From the IMG/VR virus record IMGVR_UViG_3300042997_002652, positions 202,968 to 266,967 of that record: DNA of 64,000 nucleotides. The stretch is one strand, 5' to 3'. Below are positions 49,101-57,658 of this stretch, in pieces; the first letter of the stretch is position 1; every line of letters starts with the position of its first letter. A program made the translations under genes and the position numbers. Under the pieces are notes generated by a model, which saw nothing but the letters and a program-made list of their open reading frames with translations, had not been told where the DNA came from and ran no database searches. Origin of the DNA: a virus (Duplodnaviria > Caudoviricetes).

Positions 49101-50460
49101 CACGATTCTAACTCCTGCGACTTGGTCGCTATCTGGCACAGTTCCTTCTGGTATATCAATAAACTCCTCTACTGGTGTACTGACTATAGGTTCATCCGTA
49201 TCAACCGGGTCATACTCGTATACTATTAATGCAGTTGGTGCTGAGAGTACTGGTACTCTCACTGAAACTATTTCAACAGTTGTCAATCCTGCTTATCCAG
49301 TGTTTAGTTCAACTGTTTTGCCTTCAGCAGTTACTCCGTCTTCAGCTTTTACATCTACTGCTACACAAGCAACGGCATCATCCGGTACGGTAGTACATAC
49401 GCTCACTGGAGGAACTCTTCCATCATGGGCGTCACTAAGCTCTGCTGGAGTGCTTTCAGGAACTGCCCCGGCAAGTCCTACAGGATTTGCCGGTCCGTAT
49501 ACCTTTACAGTAACAGCTACTAACGGAATTTATGTTGCTGTTAAGGCCTTTACTTGGACTTATTACTTAGGGTTGATTCAAGGTCAAAACTTATATAACT
49601 CTTCTGGTACTTACTCATGGACAGCACCAACATCAGTTACTTCTGTTTCTGTAGTAGCTATAGGTGGCGGCGGAGCCGGCCAAGACAACTGGGCTAATCC
49701 AGCTGGCGGCGGAGCTGGATTAGGATGGAAAAACAATATTACAGTTGTTCCCGGTACTGCGTACACTGTAGTAGTTGGCGGAAGGGGAATTAGTACTAGT
49801 AGTAGTGGCGCTACACAACTGAAAGGCGGTGACTCTTACTTTATCTCTTTAGCTACTGTTTCAGGATACGGTGGCGGTAACAATTCTGGCTCTGGTAGTT
49901 ATGCTACCGGCCCTAATGTTCGAGGTAATACCGGCGGTGGTTATGTAGGTGACGGAGGCGGACCAGGTGGACAGGCTAACAGTTCCTGGTCAGGTGGCGG
50001 CGGCGCCGGGGGATATTCTGGAAGAGGCGGTGATGTTAATGAGACTTGGAATTACCCTACAGTTCGCGGCGCTTATGGCGGATCCTCTTATAGTTCTACT
50101 TACGGTACTGGCTCAGGCGGAGGAACAGGCGTTCTAGGCGAAACCAGTTATCCTAGTTCAGGTAATGCATTCTACAATCCGTTTACTGGCTACACCAACG
50201 TAAGTAGTTACGGAAGCGGCGGCACGGGCTTTAGTGGTGGCGGTAACGGAATGTATGGTGAAAATCCATTCAGCGGCTCGGGACAAAGTTCAGACAACAT
50301 TCAAGGCGGAGATTACGGTGGTGGCGGTGGCGGTCCGGGCACTAGTTGGCCATCTTCATCTGGAAATGGCGGACTAGGCGCAGTACGTATTATATGGGGA
50401 TCCGGCCGAGCATTCCCTAGTACAAATACCGCAGACGTTACACCTAGCGGCCCGGCTTAA
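46114..50460 (+). CDS. Large multidomain tail fibre/spike (CBM5/12-like repeats, beta-helix, Ig-like domains, Gly-rich tip)
   Basis: Repeated W..AT.Y..(G/N)D.V.YG...Y units; VFYVSPDGNDSNPG..PFASIQAA beta-helix entry; LSGTVPSGISINSSTGVL Ig-like; GTYSWTAPTSVTSVSVVAIGGGG Gly-rich domain; followed by a chaperone gene. Confidence 0.8.
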   Translation: MSQLIDLGKLRFYWAGTYSSVTQYELNDVVRYGGNVYVYINVVKTNGNEPTDPAYWALMVEGINFLGTWNSATQYYIGDAVAYGSTVYVALDDNLNKQPDLFPLVWSQFVEGIQFEGEYSSVTTYQANDVVTYGPSTYIAKGTTNNNLPTNATYWDPFVEGISPEGVYNGATAYVPGNIVAYGANLYVAIANTTGNIPTNATYWTLFIESFDNRGAWATATLYYVNDLVQFGANSYACEIQNTSGVFATDLAAGKWSLFVSGLRNRGPWTTATLYLPYDIVVYGGNTYSCLIQNNSGVFATDLAAGKWEIFNGGIRWRNEWTSATPYLTNDIVRNVGSSYIATEDFTSGGNFNTEFVAGKWEFFAQGADDVLPIIGVGEEGYSLTVNADGATIDWINATGSPNVFYVSPDGNDSNPGTSLALPFASIQAAVAAVTVGQMSTIFVKTGTYQEAALPIVVPPNTAIVGDNQRTVIVTPAAGLAADGVTPNNQSMMWQMSNASILNCMTFTGMTGWVAGSTPADITTSVIKGVFVGFNPASPVTSKSPYIVECSAISPGGVGGYVDGSAHASGNKSMLFHAFTIINDLGIGYYVRNQGKAEIVSCFTYFCYFGYATSGGGIIRALNGNNSYGVWGVAARGFDTTEVPLLGALYGTQLTVTTDPITTGFTAGLTATGVTSGATAIITNRQANAAKLYIKYTGGSPVFVQGEDITDGTGNTLTIVNNASGVTGQKGVLLVMNGLSAEPLPGASIQLTGDAFSYVIQSVSGTYVNSSSIMIIALAQEKPDASPDGTVVTIRYKYSQIRLTGHDFLSIGTGGIATTNYPNTPLQPPAQGQEVEEIFPGRVYYVSTDQDGNFRVGEYFTVDQGTGTATLNANAFNLSGLTSLQLGSIGAQLGETINEFSSDVTMGGASPTNLAVPTEFAVSGFVQAEIATQQAYVDNRVPQAIPTAVGETGKYLLSNGSIPTWSALSLNEIVGASSTFARTGTAATYSYSIFSNTILTPATWSLSGTVPSGISINSSTGVLTIGSSVSTGSYSYTINAVGAESTGTLTETISTVVNPAYPVFSSTVLPSAVTPSSAFTSTATQATASSGTVVHTLTGGTLPSWASLSSAGVLSGTAPASPTGFAGPYTFTVTATNGIYVAVKAFTWTYYLGLIQGQNLYNSSGTYSWTAPTSVTSVSVVAIGGGGAGQDNWANPAGGGAGLGWKNNITVVPGTAYTVVVGGRGISTSSSGATQLKGGDSYFISLATVSGYGGGNNSGSGSYATGPNVRGNTGGGYVGDGGGPGGQANSSWSGGGGAGGYSGRGGDVNETWNYPTVRGAYGGSSYSSTYGTGSGGGTGVLGETSYPSSGNAFYNPFTGYTNVSSYGSGGTGFSGGGNGMYGENPFSGSGQSSDNIQGGDYGGGGGGPGTSWPSSSGNGGLGAVRIIWGSGRAFPSTNTADVTPSGPA

Positions 50461-50474
50461 TTTAGGAGAGTTAA

Positions 50475-50930
50475 ATGTTTTATATTAAATTAGATGAAAA
50501 TAATAATCCAATGAATCATCCAATGTCAGGAGACAATCTCAAAGACGTACTGGAAGTAGCTTATTTGGACGATAATGTTTTAAAAGAATTTGGATATGCA
50601 AAATTTGAACGTTTCAAAGACGCACCAAATGCAGTGACCATTCACACAACTGATTATTACATGGATACAGACGGAGTAGTCAGAAATCGGGCGTCTGTTC
50701 GTGAGTTTACACAAGAAGAGCTTATTGATCAGTTTATTAGAAGGCGCCGCAGTTATTTACTAGCAGCATGTGACTGGACTCTAGCAGTAGATAGTCCTTT
50801 ATCTGCGGAGAAAAAAGAAGAATGGGCAAATTACCGTCAAGCTTTGCGAGACCTTACATCGGTTTATAGCACAGCACAGTCGGACAGTGATGTTATTTGG
50901 CCTACTGAACCAACCAAGGGTAATTCATGA
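50475..50930 (+). CDS. Tail fibre assembly chaperone (Tfa-like)
   Basis: RRRSYLLAACDWT..DSPLS..KKEEWANYRQALRDLT..VIWPTEP is the Tfa C-terminal motif. Confidence 0.85.
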   Translation: MFYIKLDENNNPMNHPMSGDNLKDVLEVAYLDDNVLKEFGYAKFERFKDAPNAVTIHTTDYYMDTDGVVRNRASVREFTQEELIDQFIRRRRSYLLAACDWTLAVDSPLSAEKKEEWANYRQALRDLTSVYSTAQSDSDVIWPTEPTKGNS

Positions 50931-51571
50931 GTACTTTTTTAAGTGGAATTTTTGCAACACCACTACTTATTGGAAATAGTCACGATATTGATATTCGTGA
51001 AAAAATTTGTGCGCTGGCGTTACAGTTTAGAGAGAATGCACACGATGCAAAACTAGTGTCTGAAGGATGGAATTACGGAAGATCATCTTCTTCTCAGGAA
51101 GATTTTAATCAATACGGAGTTACATCTTTTAGTTCACAGTCTCTTTTGGACGATCCTGACTGGAAAGATGTAATGACTTTTTTATATGACTTTGCTAATG
51201 CAATGATCGCCAGTGTAAATAATACAACCGGTGTTATGTCGTTTGTTAATAGCTGGGTTACGATATATCCACCGGGCACGTATATACCAGAGCATATTCA
51301 TTCAAATTCAATGTTGAGTGGAGTGTTTTATGCAAAAGTACCTGAGAAAGCGGGTAACCTTTTATTTAAAGATCCTTCTGCTGTGGCTAAAACTATGTAC
51401 ACTCGTCACTATAATGATTTTCCTACAGTGCCTACTATACACACTCATGTAGTGGAAGAAGGGCAAATGATTATTTTTCCTTCTTGGCTTCCTCATATGA
51501 CTGAGATCAACAAGTCCCAGGATAATCGGATTATGGTAAGTTTTAACATTAATATGATTGATCCTGAGTAA
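50927..51571 (+). CDS. 2OG-Fe(II) oxygenase (TIGR02466-like)
   Basis: HIH..LSGVFY..EGQMIIFPSWLPH..RIMVSFN. Confidence 0.85.
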   Translation: MSTFLSGIFATPLLIGNSHDIDIREKICALALQFRENAHDAKLVSEGWNYGRSSSSQEDFNQYGVTSFSSQSLLDDPDWKDVMTFLYDFANAMIASVNNTTGVMSFVNSWVTIYPPGTYIPEHIHSNSMLSGVFYAKVPEKAGNLLFKDPSAVAKTMYTRHYNDFPTVPTIHTHVVEEGQMIIFPSWLPHMTEINKSQDNRIMVSFNINMIDPE

Positions 51572-51668
51572 TAAAAATTAAATCACGGTTTCATTATTAC
51601 TAAATAAAAAACAATCAACTAGTGTTTGGTTGTTTAACTAAGACGTAACTTTTTACCGGAGATTTTAA

Positions 51669-52214
51669 ATGTTTAACGATGCTTACTGGGCATGGGACGG
51701 TGTATTAGACAAAGCTTTTTGCGAGTATGCACTTAACCGGCTTGACTGGGATAAAGCTGACGAAGCACGAGTACGAGAGACCGGAGTCCCGGCAGATCCT
51801 TCAGTCCGAATCACGCAAGTTTTATGGGAAGAATACACTTCTCCTATTGCAGCAGTTGCTTTTTACTATACTCATCTTGCTAATAAACTAGCAGGTTGGA
51901 AATTTCAAATTGATTACCCTCAACAAGTGCAAATAGGACGGTACGCAAAAGATGGTCACTATGACTGGCATATTGACGCTCAATTACCTGATACTGAGGG
52001 GTTTCAACGTAAGCTAAGTTGTTCTATTCTATTAAATGATGCTTCAGAATACGAAGGAGGAGATTTGGAGATTAGAGGAGTTAAAATAGCACCACCTAAA
52101 ACACGCGGCACAGTTATTGTATTTCCGTCTATACTAGAACATCGTGTTCTTCCAGTGACGGAAGGTGTTAGGTATTCTGCTGTTTGTTGGACTATGGGGC
52201 CTGCTTTTACGTAA
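51669..52214 (+). CDS. 2OG-Fe(II) oxygenase, prolyl-4-hydroxylase-like
   Basis: Y..DGHYDWHID..RKLS..LND..YEGGDL..GTVIVFPS.LEHRV.PVT.GVRYS.V.W. Confidence 0.88.
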   Translation: MFNDAYWAWDGVLDKAFCEYALNRLDWDKADEARVRETGVPADPSVRITQVLWEEYTSPIAAVAFYYTHLANKLAGWKFQIDYPQQVQIGRYAKDGHYDWHIDAQLPDTEGFQRKLSCSILLNDASEYEGGDLEIRGVKIAPPKTRGTVIVFPSILEHRVLPVTEGVRYSAVCWTMGPAFT

Positions 52215-52320
52215 CAGACTCTAGCTATAAGTATTAGGGCACTAGAAAAGAAAGTATCAAACGATATACGAAGATAACTATACGAAAAGAACACTGAAAA
52301 TACATAGAGAAAAATGTAAC

Positions 52321-52860
52321 ATGACGTTAAAAGAACAAACTAAAGATTTACACGAAATAGCAGAAAAAAATCCATTTGCTCAACGACTTCTTTCAGGTAA
52401 TATATCTAACACCGAATATGCATGTTACTTAACTAACCTAGAACCTATTTATAATGCAATTGAAAATTTAGCAGAAAACAGTGGCATACTTATTGATGGC
52501 ATAGTTCATATAAAGAGAACAGAACTAATTCGTGAAGATTTAGCAGAATTAAAGCAACTAGGAGCAAATCATTACGTAATATTTGAATCTACTTGCAGGT
52601 ATGTTGATTATCTTAATCAACTTGATAAAGGTAAGATACTTGCTCACTTATATACCAGACACTTTGGTGATTTATACGGCGGGCAAATTTTAAAAACTAA
52701 AGTTCCGGGTAAGGGAAAAATGTACGAGTTTGTTGAGCGAAAAGCATTGATTGATAAAACACGTATGATGCTTAGCGATGATCTTGGACCCGAAGCACGA
52801 ATAGCATTTCAATATGCGATATATCTTTTTGAGGAACTTACTAATGAGTTTAATATTTGA
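52321..52860 (+). CDS. hemO: Heme oxygenase
   Basis: LKEQTKDLHEIAE (proximal His) and LAHLYTRHFGDLYGGQ (distal helix); adjacent to a bilin reductase. Confidence 0.9.
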   Translation: MTLKEQTKDLHEIAEKNPFAQRLLSGNISNTEYACYLTNLEPIYNAIENLAENSGILIDGIVHIKRTELIREDLAELKQLGANHYVIFESTCRYVDYLNQLDKGKILAHLYTRHFGDLYGGQILKTKVPGKGKMYEFVERKALIDKTRMMLSDDLGPEARIAFQYAIYLFEELTNEFNI

Positions 52861-53512
52861 TAAATTGTTACAACACGCAAGTGAATTTCAAACTATACTA
52901 AATACATTAGACCGATCTGACGAAGTACATGAGTTTCCTTGGGACAATTTGGTTTATACTTCTAAGTATATTAGGCGGGCCCACTTAGACATAGTAGACA
53001 AACGAGAAGATCGTAAATTGCTAATGATGCATTTATGTGTTTTTCCTCATACTGACTCAGATGCACCTATATACGGGTTTGATCTAATTGCGGGTCCTAA
53101 TAAAGTTACAGGAGCATTTCATGACTTTAGTCCTTGTACTAATAACAACTCTTCTCATCCTCTTAGTGAATTATTTGCTGGAGAAGTAAAAAAATATTCA
53201 TGGTCAAAACAGCGTGAACTGCCTGAATGGGCTAAAAAAATATTTAGTCCTTGGATGGTTGCAGCAGGTAATATTAAAGATATTGACGAACTTTCTGAAG
53301 TACTTGAGCTATCTAAAAATAATTTGATTTCATATATTGAATGGATGAAAACTAACTATGCTACAAGTGATCAAGACTATACACAACAACAAAACAATTA
53401 TTGTATTAATCAAAAGCAAAATCCGCATACTCCTCGTGTAATGGAAAGTTTAGGTTATGATCCAGATACTGTCCAAAAGTTTATACAAAATTGCCTTTTT
53501 CCGGAAGTTTAA
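52844..53512 (+). CDS. pcyX: Ferredoxin-dependent bilin reductase, PcyX-type
   Basis: RRAHLD..LLMMHLCVFP..PIYGFD..GAFHDFSP and NPHTPRVM..LG. With the start at 52844 (GAGGA RBS), D49/M61/H63/D80 have the spacing I recall for PcyX Asp55/Met67/His69/Asp86, with Asp where PcyA has Glu76. Confidence 0.8.
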   Translation: MSLIFDKLLQHASEFQTILNTLDRSDEVHEFPWDNLVYTSKYIRRAHLDIVDKREDRKLLMMHLCVFPHTDSDAPIYGFDLIAGPNKVTGAFHDFSPCTNNNSSHPLSELFAGEVKKYSWSKQRELPEWAKKIFSPWMVAAGNIKDIDELSEVLELSKNNLISYIEWMKTNYATSDQDYTQQQNNYCINQKQNPHTPRVMESLGYDPDTVQKFIQNCLFPEV

Positions 53513-53569
53513 CAATCAGCATAAACACTTCTTATATAGGGTAACTTATATCAAGATAAGTAATATGAT

Positions 53570-54013
53570 ATGAATGCTTTTCAACTTGAATTTTACACTA
53601 GACTTAGAGCTTGGAACAACCTAAGAACTGACCTAATACATTTGCCACTGCACGAAAAATGTGTTGAAGTAGATAAGTTTTGGCAACAGTGTCCAGAAAC
53701 AACACATTATTTACATCCAGCAGATATAAAATCATGGCCTGATCCATGGCAGTTATTAGATGATAATATGTATTGCCCATATGCTAGAGCATTGGGCATA
53801 ATTTATACTTTAATTTTATTGGGAATAACCGACATTGACTTAGTAGATGCTATTGATTATAATAGTGTATCTGTGGTATTAGTCATGGTTGATAGCGCAA
53901 AATATGTACTTAATTACTGGCCCGGCACTGTAGTAAATAATAAACTCAGCGACTTCACTGTAGTTAGACACTATGACATAACACCCATCATTCAAAAAAC
54001 AGGAACACTATGA
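53570..54013 (+). CDS. Hypothetical protein upstream of nrdA
   Basis: 147 aa, ATGA-coupled to nrdA; function not recognised. Confidence 0.65.
   Translation: MNAFQLEFYTRLRAWNNLRTDLIHLPLHEKCVEVDKFWQQCPETTHYLHPADIKSWPDPWQLLDDNMYCPYARALGIIYTLILLGITDIDLVDAIDYNSVSVVLVMVDSAKYVLNYWPGTVVNNKLSDFTVVRHYDITPIIQKTGTL
53835..53863 (+). promoter_or_regulatory. Sigma70-type promoter for nrdAB, embedded in the upstream ORF
   Basis: TTGACT (53835-53840), 17-nt spacer, TATAAT (53858-53863). Confidence 0.65.
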
Positions 54014-56328
54014 AGATTTACGTTACTAAAAGATCAGGGAACACAGAGCCCTTGACCATTGAAAAATGGCAACAGCAAATAGCTACTATATGCAAAGGAA
54101 CAGCAGATGTAAGTCAATCAATGATTGAAATCAAAGCGCAGCCGCACTTTTTTGATGGTATTACAACAAGCGACATTGATGAAATAACACTAAGAGCTAT
54201 CGTAGACTTAATTGATGTAGAAAATAACCCAGACGTTGGGCACACAAACTATCAGTATGTAGCTGGTAAGCAACGTTTATCAATGCTAAGAAAAGATGTT
54301 TTTGGTCAATATCAACCTCCCCACCTTTTTGAAATTGTAAAAAAGAATGTAGCCACTGGGTTGTATACACCAGAATTATTAGAATGGTATACAGAAGATG
54401 ATTGGAATAAGATGAATGATATTATTGATCATGAGAAAGATGAACAGTATTCTTATGCCGCCATTGAACAATTGATTGAAAAGTACTTAGTAAAAAACCG
54501 CGCTACAAAAGAAATATACGAAACACCTCAGATCAGATACATGATCGCAGCAGCTACAGTATTTCACAAAGAAGAACCCAACTCAGCAAGAATGCGATAC
54601 ATTCGTGAATACTATAACGCTTCTAGTGACGGCTTGTTTACACTAGCTACTCCAGTATTAGCAGGATTAGGCACTCCAACTAAGCAGTTTAGTAGTTGCG
54701 TATTGATTAAAACAGACGATGATCTTGACAGTATTTTTGCTTCTGGTGAAATGATGGCCAAGTATGCTAGCAAACGCGCAGGCATTGGGTTAGAAATTGG
54801 TAGACTTAGACCTTTAGGTTCTCCGATCAGAGGAGGTGAAGTCATGCACACTGGTATGATTCCTTTCTTGAAAAAATGGTTTGGTGATCTTAGATCCTGT
54901 TCACAGGGAGGAATCAGAAATGCTTCCGCCACTATCACATATCCGATTTGGCACTATCAGTTTGACGATCTTATTGTACTGAAAAACAATCAAGGCACAG
55001 AAGAAACTCGCGTAAGACACATGGATTACAATGTAGTCTTATCAGCATTCTTTTGGAGACGATTTAAGAACAAAGAAAATATTACATTCTTTGACCCCAA
55101 CGAAGTACCTGATCTTTATGAAACTTTTTACAGCGATACTAAAAAGTTTGAAGAACTGTATGTAACGTATGAAAAGCGTAAAGACTTGCGTAAAAAAACA
55201 ATGAATGCTGAAGATGTATTCAAAAGTGGTATTCTTAAAGAACGCACAGACACTGGTAGAATTTATTTAACCTTTATTGACAACGTACAAAATCAAGGAC
55301 CGTTTGATACCAGTTATCATACGATTTATCAATCTAATCTTTGTCAAGAAATCTTGTTGCCTACTAAGTCATTTAAACGATTAGATGATGATAAGGGCCG
55401 AATCGCCTTATGCACCTTGGGCTCAATTAATTGGGGAGCATTTAGAAATCCAGAAGATATGCGCAGAGCATGTAGAATTCTTCAGCGTAGTTTATGTAAT
55501 ATTCTTGACTATCAGGATTTCTTGTCTATTCAGTCTAAATTAAGCAATGATGAAATTCAACCTCTTGGTATTGGTGTTACTAATTTAGCATATTGGCACG
55601 CTAAACGTAGTTTTAATTATGGTGAACAAGACTCTTTACAAGAAGTTAAAAGCTGGATGGAACATCAAGCATTTTATCTAACTGAAGCAACTGTAGAACT
55701 TGCTAAAGAACGAGGCAAGTGTGTAGATTCAGATAAAACTTGGTATGGTCAAGGTATATTTCCCTGGGAACGTAGAGCTAAAGGTGTTAACGAATTAGCA
55801 GACTTTACTCCCGAATTAGATTGGGAAGCACTTAGAGAACAAATGAAAACATATGGTGTTAGAAATGCTACTCTAATGGCAATTGCTCCAGTAGAAAGTT
55901 CGTCTGTTGTAATCAATAGTACTAATGGTATTGAAATGCCCATGAGTTTGATTACAGTAAAAGAATCTAAAGCAGGTAGTTTTATTCAAGTTGTTCCAGA
56001 ATATCACAGATTGAAAAACAAGTATCAGTTAATGTGGGATCAAACTAATTGCGTTGACTACTTAAAAACAGCAGCAGTCTTACAAGCTTATGTGGATCAA
56101 AGCATAAGTACTAACACGTTTTATAACCCAGCACACTTTGCAGACAGAAAAGTACCTACAACAATGATTGCTGCAAACTTGATGTTGTTTTATTACTGGG
56201 GCGGAAAGACACTTTATTACAGCTTGATTAATAAAGCAGGATCTAAAGCTGATGCAGAAGAATTACCCCAGATGTTAGAACCCGTTAATTACGATGAAGA
56301 AAGTGATTGCGAATCATGCAAATTATAA
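54010..56328 (+). CDS. nrdA: Class Ia ribonucleotide reductase alpha subunit
   Basis: N-terminal ATP cone (YVTKRSG), QFSSC, SNLCQE, CTLGSIN, APVESSS, C-terminal CESC; uninterrupted. Confidence 0.97.
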   Translation: MKIYVTKRSGNTEPLTIEKWQQQIATICKGTADVSQSMIEIKAQPHFFDGITTSDIDEITLRAIVDLIDVENNPDVGHTNYQYVAGKQRLSMLRKDVFGQYQPPHLFEIVKKNVATGLYTPELLEWYTEDDWNKMNDIIDHEKDEQYSYAAIEQLIEKYLVKNRATKEIYETPQIRYMIAAATVFHKEEPNSARMRYIREYYNASSDGLFTLATPVLAGLGTPTKQFSSCVLIKTDDDLDSIFASGEMMAKYASKRAGIGLEIGRLRPLGSPIRGGEVMHTGMIPFLKKWFGDLRSCSQGGIRNASATITYPIWHYQFDDLIVLKNNQGTEETRVRHMDYNVVLSAFFWRRFKNKENITFFDPNEVPDLYETFYSDTKKFEELYVTYEKRKDLRKKTMNAEDVFKSGILKERTDTGRIYLTFIDNVQNQGPFDTSYHTIYQSNLCQEILLPTKSFKRLDDDKGRIALCTLGSINWGAFRNPEDMRRACRILQRSLCNILDYQDFLSIQSKLSNDEIQPLGIGVTNLAYWHAKRSFNYGEQDSLQEVKSWMEHQAFYLTEATVELAKERGKCVDSDKTWYGQGIFPWERRAKGVNELADFTPELDWEALREQMKTYGVRNATLMAIAPVESSSVVINSTNGIEMPMSLITVKESKAGSFIQVVPEYHRLKNKYQLMWDQTNCVDYLKTAAVLQAYVDQSISTNTFYNPAHFADRKVPTTMIAANLMLFYYWGGKTLYYSLINKAGSKADAEELPQMLEPVNYDEESDCESCKL

Positions 56329-56338
56329 GGATTATTAA

Positions 56339-56542
56339 ATGAAACAGAAAATTTTAAAAGCACTAGAAGCACATTTTGTAGGACATATTGAAAAGCATAA
56401 AATGAATATAGAGATTATGTTAGCTAATCCTTTAGCTATTCACGATCACACTGATCTTATGAGTGCTATTGAAAAAGAAATTCAACAATTAGTAGAATAT
56501 CAAGACAAACTTGACGCACTTAAACAACATTTCGGGGATTGA
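56339..56542 (+). CDS. Hypothetical protein
   Basis: 67-aa helical ORF filling the nrdA-nrdB gap, with AAGGA RBS. Confidence 0.65.
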   Translation: MKQKILKALEAHFVGHIEKHKMNIEIMLANPLAIHDHTDLMSAIEKEIQQLVEYQDKLDALKQHFGD

Positions 56543-56545
56543 TAA

Positions 56546-57646
56546 ATGTCAAAACAACAGTATAACTTAGAAACAAAAACAGATTACTTGTCAAGAAAGA
56601 TGTTTTTAGATCCCGCAGGTCCGGTAACTATTCAAAGATTTGAAGAATTTAAGTATCCCAAAATTGCCAAGCTGGAAGAAACTGCTAGAGGCTTCTTTTG
56701 GATCCCCGAAGAAGTTTCACTAACGAAAGATGCACAAGATTTCAAAGATGCCAGTGACGCGGTCAAACATATTTTTACTAGCAATGTTTTAAGACAAACT
56801 GCACTTGATAGTTTACAAGGCAGAGGACCCAGTCAAATCTTTACTCCTGTTATTTCACTACCTGAACTAGAAGCATTAGTTTACAATTGGACTTTTTTTG
56901 AGACAAATATTCATAGCAGAAGTTATAGTCATATTATTCGTAATATTTACAATGTACCAAAAGACGTTTTTAACACTATTCATGACACGCAAGAAATTAT
57001 TGATATGGCGTCAAGCGTAGGTCAATACTATGACAAGCTACATGTGCTTAACTGTAAAAAAGAGCTAGGTCACAAGATTGACGAAAAAGAACATATCAAA
57101 GCTATTTGGATGGCACTAAACGCCAGCTATGCATTAGAAGCATTTAGATTTATGGTATCTTTTGCTACTTCATTAGCAATGGTTGAGAACAAGATTTTTA
57201 TTGGTAATGGAAACATTATTAGCTTGATCTTACAAGATGAAATTTTACACAAAGATTGGACTGCTTATATCATTAACCAAGTAGTAAAAGAAGATCCAAG
57301 ATTTGCTCAAGCTAAACAAGAATGCGAACAAGAAGTTTATGCTCTTTATATGGATGTGATCAGAGAAGAAAAAGCATGGGCGGATTACTTGTTTAAGAAA
57401 GGCCCGGTTATTGGCCTCAATGCTAATATTTTAAAAGAGTTCGTAGATTATACTGCTATGAATGCGTTAAAAGAAATAGGTATTAAGTATCAGTCTAGTG
57501 CTCCTAAGTCTACTCCAATTCCTTGGTTTAATAAGCACTCGTCAACAAGTAACAAACAAACTGCACTACAAGAAAACGAAAGCACAAACTATGTTATAGG
57601 AATTATGTCTAATGACGTAAACTATGATGAATTACCCGATTTATAA
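56546..57646 (+). CDS. nrdB: Class Ia ribonucleotide reductase beta subunit
   Basis: FFWIPEEV, LDSLQ, ETNIHSRSY, EAFRFMVSF, QDEILH iron/tyrosyl motifs. Confidence 0.96.
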   Translation: MSKQQYNLETKTDYLSRKMFLDPAGPVTIQRFEEFKYPKIAKLEETARGFFWIPEEVSLTKDAQDFKDASDAVKHIFTSNVLRQTALDSLQGRGPSQIFTPVISLPELEALVYNWTFFETNIHSRSYSHIIRNIYNVPKDVFNTIHDTQEIIDMASSVGQYYDKLHVLNCKKELGHKIDEKEHIKAIWMALNASYALEAFRFMVSFATSLAMVENKIFIGNGNIISLILQDEILHKDWTAYIINQVVKEDPRFAQAKQECEQEVYALYMDVIREEKAWADYLFKKGPVIGLNANILKEFVDYTAMNALKEIGIKYQSSAPKSTPIPWFNKHSSTSNKQTALQENESTNYVIGIMSNDVNYDELPDL

Positions 57647-57658
57647 AAGGAAAATATA

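Noticed and set aside
52814-52843. Upstream start of the bilin reductase given in the track
   Set aside because: The ATG at 52844 has a GAGGA RBS and gives a shorter overlap with hemO.
54010-57646. Introns or inteins in nrdA/nrdB, common in T4-like phages
   Set aside because: Both ORFs are continuous and of normal length, with all motifs in place.
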